Below are positions 1 through 8,561 of a stretch of DNA of 39,794 nt, piece by piece. The notes under the pieces are model-generated. The model searched no databases and was not told the DNA's origin. It saw nothing but the letters and a program-made list of their open reading frames with translations. Numbering within the stretch: position 1 is the first letter of the stretch; every line of letters begins with the position of its first letter. The DNA is taken from contig JAZDOU010000426.1 of the NCBI GenBank assembly GCA_043798385.1, forward strand, positions 1-39,794. Reading direction: 5' to 3'. The DNA comes from Pseudomonadota bacterium. Its GTDB lineage: Bacteria; Desulfobacterota; RBG-13-43-22. The position numbers and the translations under genes are program-made.

Positions 1-183
1 CTTCTTTTTTGTCAGCCTGGTTCAAGAATTCTCTAAAAACCGCTACAAGACTTTTTCCAAATCGTTTTTAATTAAGGGGGGGCAATCGAATTATATATTT
101 TTTTCCCTCCGATCCGATTCATTTGGAGACCCGATCCTTCACGTTCAGCATATTGTTGACCCGGAAAATCGAACCTTACCGTT

Positions 184-2142
184 TTAGTTCTCCCCGCCAA
201 AACGTTCTTTGGGGGATGACTTGATGATTTGGGGAGTAAGAAAAATAAGCAATTCAGTATCCTCATAGGCCTTGTAACGTGTTTTGAAGAGCCAGCCTAA
301 GATCGGGATATCGGCCAGTCCGGGGATCCGATTTTCTGCATAGGATTCCTTTTTATACATAATCCCTCCCAGTACCACAGTGTTTCCATCGTCAACCACC
401 ATCTCTGTTTTAGCCTCTTTGGTTGTAATGGAGGGGTTTCCCAGAGAGTCCGTATACCTAAAATCAGGTTCATTTTTTGTAATTTTCAGCTCAATGCGCA
501 TCTTTTTACCGCTCGATATGTGGGGGGTTACCTCCAGGGTCAAGGCTGCATCTTTATAGGTGGTGGAAAAGGTGTTGTTTTCGGTTCGAGTGGTAACCGG
601 AATAGACTTTCCTTGTTTTATAACCGCCGGCTTATTATCCAGAGTCAATATTTTGGGGGAAGAAAGGGTTTTTCCGCGGCCCGCCTGTTCCATGGCTTGC
701 AGGCGGACATCGAGGTTGAAATTGGTAGAGGAAAAGCTTAATCCTATGCCACCGAAAGCGGGAACAGCGGTGGTAAAAGGCAGGTTGACGGCATAGTTAT
801 TGGTTGGATTAGTAGATGTTGCCCCGGCGTCTCCGCCTCGAATCGTCCCGGCAAAGGGACCGGAGGCATTGGAGAAAGGAAAGGCCCCTCCCCAGCGAAT
901 CCCCAGATCCCTGGTAAAATTGGCATCGGCCTCAATTATCCGGGCCTCAATCATGACCTGCGAAATCGGCTGGTCAATGGATTTTACAAGGCTTTCTATA
1001 TATTCGAGGTCCCGTTCAGACCCTTTGGCTATCAGGGTATTGGTATGAGGGACACTGATGATATTAACAGTGGTGCCCGTGACCTTGAAGGTCTCTGTCT
1101 GGGTTACCGACGGGCTTCCCGGCTGTCTTTCATGGGCAATTTTTTTCTCTTTTTCTATTGATCCTTGGATGAGATCTTCAACTACCTTCACGTCCACGTT
1201 TTTTATCTGAAACTTTCTTGTCCGGTAAACCACTTTGCCGATTTTTTGGCGCTGTTCTTCATTTTTCAATTCCTCTTGCTCTTCTTTTCGCGTAGCCTCC
1301 CGCTTTTTTCTGGCATCATCCAATTTTTTTCCATAATTTTCACTCGTAATCACTAAATACGTATTAGGGCCATGGTCGATCTTTACCAGATTAACGGACT
1401 CCAGGATGGCATCTAAGGCCTCCTGCCAGGTGACATCTTTTAAGGTCATGGTGACCTTTTTTTCTTTAACATCATCACCCACCAGGATATTGACCTCTCC
1501 GATGTCGCTGATCGATCGTAAGACGTTGTGGAGGTTTTCCATGTAAAAATCAAATTTATAGCGTTGTTTTCCGGCATCAATTATTTCTTTCTTCTCCTCC
1601 CTTTCTCGAAGGGTTTTTTCTGTAGTGAATTCTTCAACTGTTTTTGGGGGCAGGACATTCTCTTTTTCTTTAACGGGGATTGGTTGAGCGATCCGAGTTC
1701 CCATGGTTGGAAAATCGATCAAAATCTGGAAAGGTTTCCCTTCTGTGGTGGAAAGCCGATAGGTTGGAGCTTGAGAGAAGGCAAAAATGATGCGAACCGT
1801 ATTGGGATTGAATTGAGAAAAGTTCAACTCTTCAAACCTGGGGTCTTTAATCTTAAAAGAGCCGCCTTTATCCAAGGTGCAAGGGCTTAAGTCGATAACC
1901 AGGCGGTCAGGATCGGAAAGTGTCAGTGGACGATAGGTAACGGGTCGGTTCGTTTTCAGAATGACTCGCAATCGATCCGGTAGGGCTTGGTCCTCAACCT
2001 GGATTAACCGGGCCTTCTGAGAGGTCGGTTTTCCTCTAGCCCAGAGTGAAGGGCTATTTTCGCCCAGGCCGGAAAGGAAAAACAGGCCTGCCCAGAATAA
2101 GATCAGTGTCAACTTTTTGTTTTTAGTCATGTTCGCTCTCAT
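184..2142 (-). CDS. pilQ: Type IV pilus secretin PilQ with N-terminal AMIN-like domain
   Basis: Secretin motifs QVMIEARIIEA, SSPKILTLDNKPAVIKQG, IPGLADIPILGWLFK, ELLIFLTPQII; N-terminal 'PDRLVIDL' AMIN-like segment; last gene of pilMNOPQ. Confidence 0.96.
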   Translation of the reverse strand: MRANMTKNKKLTLILFWAGLFFLSGLGENSPSLWARGKPTSQKARLIQVEDQALPDRLRVILKTNRPVTYRPLTLSDPDRLVIDLSPCTLDKGGSFKIKDPRFEELNFSQFNPNTVRIIFAFSQAPTYRLSTTEGKPFQILIDFPTMGTRIAQPIPVKEKENVLPPKTVEEFTTEKTLREREEKKEIIDAGKQRYKFDFYMENLHNVLRSISDIGEVNILVGDDVKEKKVTMTLKDVTWQEALDAILESVNLVKIDHGPNTYLVITSENYGKKLDDARKKREATRKEEQEELKNEEQRQKIGKVVYRTRKFQIKNVDVKVVEDLIQGSIEKEKKIAHERQPGSPSVTQTETFKVTGTTVNIISVPHTNTLIAKGSERDLEYIESLVKSIDQPISQVMIEARIIEADANFTRDLGIRWGGAFPFSNASGPFAGTIRGGDAGATSTNPTNNYAVNLPFTTAVPAFGGIGLSFSSTNFNLDVRLQAMEQAGRGKTLSSPKILTLDNKPAVIKQGKSIPVTTRTENNTFSTTYKDAALTLEVTPHISSGKKMRIELKITKNEPDFRYTDSLGNPSITTKEAKTEMVVDDGNTVVLGGIMYKKESYAENRIPGLADIPILGWLFKTRYKAYEDTELLIFLTPQIIKSSPKERFGGEN

Positions 2143-2221
2143 ATAGGGGCAAGGGTTTTCATTGATCGATAAAGTAAATTTTATTTTCCCATCCGGGGTT
2201 TCCGGATAAAAACTATTTTGA

Positions 2222-2767
2222 TTAAGGTATTCTCAAGGAGATCTTGCGAGAACTTTTTCGTCCCAAGAAATCCCGAGAAGGTTCCTCGATGACCACTTCC
2301 TTATCGGCGATCCGGATTACTTTTCCGCCCCTTTTGCCGATCGGAGTTCCAATCTGAATTAAGAACCCTTTGTTGGTCGGATCCTGGACCATGGCCTTTT
2401 TTAAACCCGAACCGGTTATCACCCCTACCAGCTCAAAATCGCTGACTTCAAACTGTTCCAAGGGCAAACCCTTGGCCTTCTTTCCACCCTTGGAATCCAG
2501 CGCGGCCTGTACAGGAAGGAAAGGGTCCGGTTTCCCCGTTGGATTATAAAGGGCAGCCGGTGGCTCTGATTTTTCCACAGGGGTAGGGAGGGCCGGTTTT
2601 CCCTTGGGGGTTAATGGTCCCGGTTGGGCCATTGATTGGGGTTGCCCGGATTGTACCGGGCGGGCCACTGAGAGCCCCTTCTGGGTAGAGGGGCCCTGCG
2701 GCGACTTATCACCACAGCCCCCTAAGGCCAGCAAACCAATAATAACAAGAACCGGACCTTTTCTCAT
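2222..2767 (-). CDS. pilP: Type IV pilus lipoprotein PilP
   Basis: Lipobox LGGC, 'YNPTGKPDPF' and 'PLEQFEVSDFELVGVI' PilP motifs; operon position. Confidence 0.92.
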   Translation of the reverse strand: MRKGPVLVIIGLLALGGCGDKSPQGPSTQKGLSVARPVQSGQPQSMAQPGPLTPKGKPALPTPVEKSEPPAALYNPTGKPDPFLPVQAALDSKGGKKAKGLPLEQFEVSDFELVGVITGSGLKKAMVQDPTNKGFLIQIGTPIGKRGGKVIRIADKEVVIEEPSRDFLGRKSSRKISLRIP

Positions 2768-2770
2768 GGG

Positions 2771-3394
2771 TTATTTTTTCTTTTCATCCTTTGGTTTGGG
2801 CTTGGCAGTCGGGGGCGGAGGAGGCAGGACCCGAAAGGTCACCAGTTGACAGTGGGTTGTTATCTGGCCCGTCTTTATTTCAAAGGCCCCCAATTCCAAT
2901 TGCTTTACATTTATGATTCTTGGAAGTCTCCTGATGCCGTCAAAAAATACCCCGATTTGATGGTAGTTCCCTCTCAGGTTCAGGGTGATGGGAATTTCCG
3001 CCAGGTATTCTTGGGCATTTTCTTTTTCCGGTTTAAAAAGAAGGAATTCCAACCCCTGCTTCTGTCCCAGATCGGCGACATGCCTAAGCAGGTGAGGTAT
3101 TTCTTTGGCTTCCGGCAGCATGGTCAGGATCTGTTGATAACGGACATCCATTTCAGCCAGCTCTCGTTTGAAGCGGCCGACCTGTGCCCGGGTTCGCACA
3201 ATTTGAGCCAATTTTGTTTTTTCCCGATCGATATCCTCCTTTAGAAGGTTTGATTTTTCCCAGAGGGGCAGGAATAAGAAGAAGGTCAAGGCCGCCACAC
3301 CTAAGATCAATCCCAGCCCGGCCAAAAGTATTTTTTGAGAAAGGGAGAGCTGTTTCAGGCGATCGATTAGGGGGGAAAATGAAATGCTCGCCAC
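2771..3394 (-). CDS. pilO: Type IV pilus assembly protein PilO
   Basis: TM helix, coiled coil, 'LPEAKEIPHLL', 'GNYHQIGVFFDGIRRLPRIINV'. Start moved to the in-frame GTG at 3394, just after the pilN stop, instead of the ORF-track start 3448 that overlaps pilN. Confidence 0.93.
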   Translation of the reverse strand: MASISFSPLIDRLKQLSLSQKILLAGLGLILGVAALTFFLFLPLWEKSNLLKEDIDREKTKLAQIVRTRAQVGRFKRELAEMDVRYQQILTMLPEAKEIPHLLRHVADLGQKQGLEFLLFKPEKENAQEYLAEIPITLNLRGNYHQIGVFFDGIRRLPRIINVKQLELGAFEIKTGQITTHCQLVTFRVLPPPPPTAKPKPKDEKKK

Positions 3395-3395
3395 G

Positions 3396-3971
3396 TTATT
3401 TTTTCTCCGCCGGAGGAGCTGGAGGCATGGGAACCTTTGTCCAGGCAATCAGGGTGAATTGCTTAACCTTCAAATCCTTATAGAGGGCTTGGGTGGATTG
3501 AACCAGATCCACTTGTTTAATTAAGGATGAGGATTCAAGACGTTTCATATACTCGGCAAGAATCTCATTACTGAGGGACATCCCATCTATTCGGATTTCC
3601 GGGCCGTTTTCCTTTAAGGCGATCAGCCAGAGTTGATTAACCGGCAGTGTCGTCGAAAGAATTTCCATCAGATGTACCGGTCCGTGACGGTCTTTTTCCA
3701 GGTTCTGAAAAAGGGTCAGTCTGGCTTGGGTCAGTTCCTTCTTTTGTTTGAGCTCCCTGATCTCTCTTTGGAGGACCGAGGCCGCCCGAGTTTGTTTTTC
3801 TAAAGACTCTTTCTCTTCTTTAAGACTTTGAATTCGGCCTTCTAACTTCCAATAACCCAGAAAGGCCGCCAGCAGAAAAAAGATATAACAAAGGATTACT
3901 CCTTTAAGCAGCCAGGTGCGGTCTTTTTCTTTTCGGACCTTATGAGCGGCCAGCAGGTTAATCCTGATCAT
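3396..3971 (-). CDS. pilN: Type IV pilus assembly protein PilN
   Basis: N-terminal MIRINLL PilM-binding motif, TM helix, coiled coil. Confidence 0.94.
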   Translation of the reverse strand: MIRINLLAAHKVRKEKDRTWLLKGVILCYIFFLLAAFLGYWKLEGRIQSLKEEKESLEKQTRAASVLQREIRELKQKKELTQARLTLFQNLEKDRHGPVHLMEILSTTLPVNQLWLIALKENGPEIRIDGMSLSNEILAEYMKRLESSSLIKQVDLVQSTQALYKDLKVKQFTLIAWTKVPMPPAPPAEKK

Positions 3972-5029
3972 CTATCCCCACTTTGTCTTAAGGCTAAGCC
4001 AAAGGCAATGGCCAATTGAGGCCCTATGGTCTGTAAATAGTTGGAGTCAAAGGTTTCCGGATCAATCCGGACTTGATAAAAGGGATTAAATAATTCTACC
4101 GGGAGTTGAAGCCTTTGGGAAAGGTATTGGGGAAGGCCGGGTAACAGGGATGAACCGCCTGAAAGGATTATTTTTGTTGGTTTGGCGTCGGGATCAGAAG
4201 CGCTTAACATGTCAAATACCTTTTTAATCTCTTCCGACCAGGACTGAACGGTCGATAAGAAAAAAGGACCGATTTCGTCCAGGTGGTCTGGACTACGGTC
4301 CCACCCCAATTTAATTTTTTCCGCTTCTTCAAAAGAAAGATTCCAGAGCGACTCTATTTGTTCGGTAAGTTGTCTTCCACCTAAAAAGATATCCCTGGTA
4401 AAGATAGGTCCGTCTTTGTTGAGGCCATGAAGGGTGATCTGGCTGGCCCCGAGATTCACCAAGGCCAAAGGGCGGGAATCCAAAGGATATTTGTTTTCGT
4501 AGGCGTTGGCCAGGGCAAAGGCTGTTACATCGGCAATACGGGCCTCCAATCCTGATAAGCTAATGACCTCCTGGTAGGCGTTCAGGGTCTCTTTTTTAGC
4601 GGCCACCAAAAGGACCGACATGGTGTTTTGGTCTTCTTTTTGAGGACCCAAGATCTGAAAATCCAGGTTGACTTCTTTGATATCAAAAGGAATATGGTCC
4701 TGGGCTTCATATTGAATAGATTGGGCTAATTCCTTTTCAGGCATAACCGGCAAAGTAATTTTTTTGATAATGACCGAATACCCGGAAATGGCAAAGACGA
4801 TTTCTTTTGATTTTATCTGCAGGTGGGCTAACAGGGATTGTAAGGTGTCGGCAATTAACCGCGGTTCCTTAAACTGGCCGCCGACTATTGCCGAAGGGGG
4901 GAGATTGGCCAGCCCAAACCTTTCAAGATGGATTTCTTTCTGATGATAAGCGAGATGGCAAACCTTTATGGAATGGGAACCGATATCCACCCCGATATAG
5001 GAATCTTTTTTGGCCCTTGGAAACCGCAT
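3968..5029 (-). CDS. pilM: Type IV pilus assembly protein PilM (actin-like fold)
   Basis: 'IGVDIGSHSIK', 'EAQDHIPFDIKEVNLDF', 'VLLVAAKKE', 'LSGGSS', C-terminal 'AIAFGLALR'. Confidence 0.96.
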   Translation of the reverse strand: MRFPRAKKDSYIGVDIGSHSIKVCHLAYHQKEIHLERFGLANLPPSAIVGGQFKEPRLIADTLQSLLAHLQIKSKEIVFAISGYSVIIKKITLPVMPEKELAQSIQYEAQDHIPFDIKEVNLDFQILGPQKEDQNTMSVLLVAAKKETLNAYQEVISLSGLEARIADVTAFALANAYENKYPLDSRPLALVNLGASQITLHGLNKDGPIFTRDIFLGGRQLTEQIESLWNLSFEEAEKIKLGWDRSPDHLDEIGPFFLSTVQSWSEEIKKVFDMLSASDPDAKPTKIILSGGSSLLPGLPQYLSQRLQLPVELFNPFYQVRIDPETFDSNYLQTIGPQLAIAFGLALRQSGDR

Positions 5030-5475
5030 GATTTTTGCTTACCTATGGCCCATCCGGAAAAGAGTTTTTAGAAGGCGTTTCCGGATGGAGAGACCCTAAG
5101 GATTAATGTTGACAAGTGATTAATTTCATTGTTTTTAACAAGGAGAAGGTTCAAAATTTTTCCAAGGTATTCGATCCTTTTCTCCTGATCGAATATTGAG
5201 AAATCAAAAACAATATCTTTAATTTTATCTCTTTTGTCAAGAAATTTATTAGGTTTTTTCATGTCAGGACAAATGGTTAGGGATTTTTTTTGGCCGGAAA
5301 AGGTGGTTCCCAAAAAAGCCTCCAGATCAGCGCACCAGGAACCAAAATAAAAGGGAAAAAGGGAATTATTAAAGGAAGTATTTCTTCAGGCGTTAAGCAT
5401 TAGATTTAGAGAGAAGGGTTGACGGCTTCGCAAAAAATTCACTTTGCAACGATTAAATAACACTCTAAAAATTAC

Positions 5476-5743
5476 CTTGGCCGTGCATCCTTTCTCGAAT
5501 CAACGCCACCAAAGTCCTTGGTCTAAAGACGAGCATTAGAGATGAATACGACACAAACTGCATTATTTACCGCTGCTTCCTTCCAGACCTGACGGGGTTC
5601 ATAACCGTTTGTTGCGTATCGTCCAATCCTGACCTTAGAAAAGGGTCCTTTGCTGTCGTTAGAATCCTCAAAAGGAGATTCTGCCCCGCATAAGCGGATT
5701 TCGGGTACAGGGCACCGCCAGCTCCCCGCTTAGCACGGCCAAG
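5476..5743 (-). ncRNA. ffs: Large (Alu-domain-containing, Bacillus scRNA-like) signal recognition particle RNA
   Basis: Minus strand contains the SRP helix-8 core GAACCCCGTCAGGTCTGGAAGGAAGCAGCG. The 5' end CTTGGCCGTGCTAAGCGGGGAGCTGGCGGTGCCCTGTACCCG resembles large bacterial SRP Alu domains. An 11-bp terminal helix (CTTGGCCGTGC/GCACGGCCAAG) closes about 268 nt. Confidence 0.93.
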
Positions 5744-5749
5744 AAACCA

Positions 5750-6025
5750 CTATCCGTCAACGCGTTCTTTTAATTCTTTTCCCACTTTGAAAAAAGGGAG
5801 TCTCTTTTCGGAGACATTGATTATGGACCCAGTTTTTGGGTTTCTTCCCTTATATCCTTGATAGTTTTTAACCTTAAAACTGCCAAAACCGCGGATTTCT
5901 ACCCTCTCCCCCTTAGCCAGGGCCTCTTCAATACTTTCGAAGAAGTGGGTCACCACTAATTCGGCATTTTTGATGGTCAGGTCCTGGTCTTTCGCTAAGG
6001 CCTCAATCAACTGGGACTTGTTCAT
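5750..6025 (-). CDS. ihfB: Integration host factor beta / HU-family DNA-binding protein
   Basis: MNKSQLIEAL...ERVEIRGFGSF...GRNPKTG...LPFFKVGKELKERV. Confidence 0.9.
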   Translation of the reverse strand: MNKSQLIEALAKDQDLTIKNAELVVTHFFESIEEALAKGERVEIRGFGSFKVKNYQGYKGRNPKTGSIINVSEKRLPFFKVGKELKERVDG

Positions 6026-6074
6026 CTTCGGTTCCCTTTCTTTTTGGTAAGGATTAAATTAATCATATTCAATT

Positions 6075-6102
6075 ATTATACCTCTTTTTCCTGGAAAGGC
6101 AA
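6075..6102 (-). promoter_or_regulatory. Putative sigma70 promoter for ihfB (and probably the SRP RNA)
   Basis: Minus strand TTGCCT-16 nt-TATAAT about 50 nt upstream of the ihfB start. Confidence 0.55.
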
Positions 6103-6170
6103 GAACTTTTCATGTTGATTTTTATTAAGAGGTGAGATATGAACTGGTTTAAAAAAATAGAGGGGAAAAG

Positions 6171-7256
6171 ATGAACATTAAAAAATCGATTCAGGATCTG
6201 ATCCCATATCCTCCCGGGAAACCCATTGAAGAATTAACTCGGGAATATGGCATTCAAGAAGTGATCAAACTGGCATCCAACGAAAACCCGATTGGACCTT
6301 CCCCTCAGGCACTCCGGGCGATCCGGCGGGCCTTATCGAACCTTCATCGCTATCCGGATGGAAGCGGCTATTATTTAAAACAGGCCCTCGCTCGGTTTTT
6401 AAAGTTGAAGCCGGAACAAATTGTCTTGGGGAATGGTTCCAATGAAATTATCGAATTGGCCTTGCGAACCTTCCTAAGGCCGGGTTTTGAAGTGTTATCG
6501 CCTACCCCCTCTTTTCTGGTGTATGGAAAGGCGGTTCAGGCCATGGGAGGAAAGAGTATTCTGATACCGCTGAAGCGATTCAGAATTGATTTGGATGCGA
6601 TTCTGGACCGGATTGGTCCTCGAACCCAAATGATCATTATCAACAACCCCAATAACCCAACCGGGACTATAATCAAAAGGAAGGAATGGGAGCGGTTCTT
6701 AAAGGCCGTTCCGGCCCGGATTATGATCCTTTTGGATGAAGCCTATATTGACTTTGTGGAAGATCCTGAGTGCCCATTAGGGGTTGACTATCTGAATTCC
6801 TCCCAACCTCTTTTAGTTATTCGAACTTTTTCAAAGGCTTATGGATTGGCCGGGCTTCGGATCGGCTATGGACTGACCCAGGCCGACTTGGCTGATTATA
6901 TAAACCGGGTTCGACAGCCCTTTAATGTGAATTCTCTGGCCCAGGCCGGTGCCTTGGGGGCCTTAAATGATCAGGTCTTCTATGAAAATACCCGGACCCT
7001 GGTTCGAAAGGGCAAGAAAGACCTGGAAAGAGGATTGGAACGTCTGGGGCTTTTCTATGTGCCTTCAGAAACCAATTTTATTCTGATAAGGGTTCCTCAA
7101 CAGGCCCAGGCCGTCTATGAGGCCATGTTAAAGAAGGGGGTTATTATCCGATCGATGAGAAGTTATGACCTGGGAGATTACATCCGGGTGAATGTTGGGC
7201 TTCCGGAAGAAAACCGGCGTTTTTTACAGGTTTTGAAACAGGTGATTGAAAAATAG
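6171..7256 (+). CDS. hisC: Histidinol-phosphate aminotransferase
   Basis: 'IKLASNENP', 'GNGSNEII', 'NPNNPTG', 'DEAY', PLP lysine motif 'RTFSKAYGLAGLRIGY'. Confidence 0.96.
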   Translation: MNIKKSIQDLIPYPPGKPIEELTREYGIQEVIKLASNENPIGPSPQALRAIRRALSNLHRYPDGSGYYLKQALARFLKLKPEQIVLGNGSNEIIELALRTFLRPGFEVLSPTPSFLVYGKAVQAMGGKSILIPLKRFRIDLDAILDRIGPRTQMIIINNPNNPTGTIIKRKEWERFLKAVPARIMILLDEAYIDFVEDPECPLGVDYLNSSQPLLVIRTFSKAYGLAGLRIGYGLTQADLADYINRVRQPFNVNSLAQAGALGALNDQVFYENTRTLVRKGKKDLERGLERLGLFYVPSETNFILIRVPQQAQAVYEAMLKKGVIIRSMRSYDLGDYIRVNVGLPEENRRFLQVLKQVIEK

Positions 7257-7263
7257 GATTTCT

Positions 7264-7298
7264 TCTAACCTTGAACGTTGAACATTGAACCTTGAACC
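7264..7298. repeat. Tandem heptamer array (TTGAACN)x4 plus one degenerate unit
   Basis: tctaacc ttgaacg ttgaaca ttgaacc ttgaacc between hisC and cmk. Confidence 0.85.
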
Positions 7299-7312
7299 GT
7301 TTTTTTATATCA

Positions 7313-8014
7313 ATGACCAAACCCAAAATCATCATCACCATCGACGGCCCTGCCGGGGCGGGAAAAAGCACCATCACCAGGTTGTTGGCCCAACAATTGG
7401 GGTTGGATTGTCTGGATACCGGGGCCATGTATCGGGTGGTGGCCTGGGTGCTTAGAGAAGAGAAAAAAGAGGAATGGTCAGGAGAAGGATTGGCCCTTTT
7501 TTTAAAGGATTTGGATTTTACTATTGAAGGGACCGGACCTGCCCAAAAGGTCCGGGTTGACGGCCTCGATGTGAGTCAAGAGATTCGAACCCCGGAGATT
7601 AGTCAACTGGCCTCGGCCATTTCTATGAAACCAGAAGTCCGGTCCTTTTTAGCCGAAAAGCAGAAGGCCTATGGGAGCCGGGGGGGCCTAATTGCTGAAG
7701 GAAGAGATATGGGGACCGTTATTTTTCCCCAGGCCGACTATAAATTTTTTTTAGAGGCCTCTTTGGAGGTCCGGGCTCATAGAAGGTTCCAGGAGCTGAC
7801 TCAAAAAGGACAATCGGTTTCCTTCGAAGAAGTGAAACAGGACATGGAGGCCCGGGATCGGCAGGACCAAGAGAGGGCCTTGGCTCCCCTTCGTCCTGCC
7901 CAGGATGCTCATGTCGTCAATACGACTCAAATGTCGATCGAAGAAGTGGTAAAATTAATCTGTTCAAAGCTTATTCAATTTTATCCGGATTTAAAGATTT
8001 CCGGCCTAAGTTAG
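7313..8014 (+). CDS. cmk: Cytidylate kinase
   Basis: 'ITIDGPAGAGKST', 'LDTGAMYR', 'EGRDMGTVIFP', 'RDRQD'. ATG at 7313 preferred because the ORF-track TTG at 7292 lies inside the heptamer repeat. Confidence 0.96.
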   Translation: MTKPKIIITIDGPAGAGKSTITRLLAQQLGLDCLDTGAMYRVVAWVLREEKKEEWSGEGLALFLKDLDFTIEGTGPAQKVRVDGLDVSQEIRTPEISQLASAISMKPEVRSFLAEKQKAYGSRGGLIAEGRDMGTVIFPQADYKFFLEASLEVRAHRRFQELTQKGQSVSFEEVKQDMEARDRQDQERALAPLRPAQDAHVVNTTQMSIEEVVKLICSKLIQFYPDLKISGLS

Positions 8015-8041
8015 CTACAAGTAAGGGCGCTGGAATTAAAC

Positions 8042-8070
8042 TTGATTTTTATGAATATTTTTGATAAGCT
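8042..8070 (+). promoter_or_regulatory. Putative sigma70 promoter for rpsA
   Basis: TTGATT-17 nt-TAAGCT with TG extended -10. Confidence 0.5.
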
Positions 8071-8113
8071 TCATTAATTAACGATAAACGCCAACTAAAT
8101 CTATTTGAAATTT

Positions 8114-8423
8114 AGGTGTCTGGGGGTCTTGTTTTTGGAGTTGTCCAAAGGGTAACTAAGAGCCCAAAACCCGGCCCGAATAGCCTAATTTGATTAAGAG
8201 CAGGGCATTCACCTCTCGGCTTCCGGCCGATCGGCTATGCCGATCTCTTGGGGAGATTCCTGGAGGGATCGGACAGGAAGCCTCGTTTAAGGTCGGCAAA
8301 GCCGACCGACCTATTTCTATCTCGGGTGTAGGCCTGCTTTTGAATCAAGTTCAGCTTTTGGCCTGGCAAAGAAGCTCATGGCCTATGGGTGGACAACTCC
8401 AAAAACAAGACCCCCAGACACCT
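8114..8423. repeat. Structured element E1: perfect 34-bp terminal inverted repeat enclosing several GC-rich hairpins
   Basis: 8114-8147 AGGTGTCTGGGGGTCTTGTTTTTGGAGTTGTCCA is the exact reverse complement of 8390-8423; homologous to 37754-37974. Confidence 0.9.
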
Positions 8424-8561
8424 GATTTCAAGTTAGAGATAAATTTTCAAATTGTAGAGCGACTAAAGAGGGAACACGGATTGAGTAGAAGAGGGGTTGG
8501 ATGGACCAGCGGTTCCCCGCATTTGAAGAGAAAAAAAGAAGTTTAGGGGGAAAAAAGGTTA

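Noticed and set aside
1-266. 64-aa ORF 72-266 and a possible gene start running off the left edge
   Set aside because: The ORF overlaps pilQ in another frame; no supported start or motif in 1-183
5030-5470. c-di-GMP/cGAMP (GEMM-I) riboswitch upstream of pilM, as in Geobacter; also the 81-aa ORF 5068-5313
   Set aside because: No GEMM consensus (GGCAAA...GAAA...GACGCAAA) seen; the ORF is AT-rich promoter-like DNA without motifs
8190-8546. 118-aa ORF upstream of rpsA
   Set aside because: Runs through the E1 inverted-repeat element; TTG start, no family motifs; probably spurious
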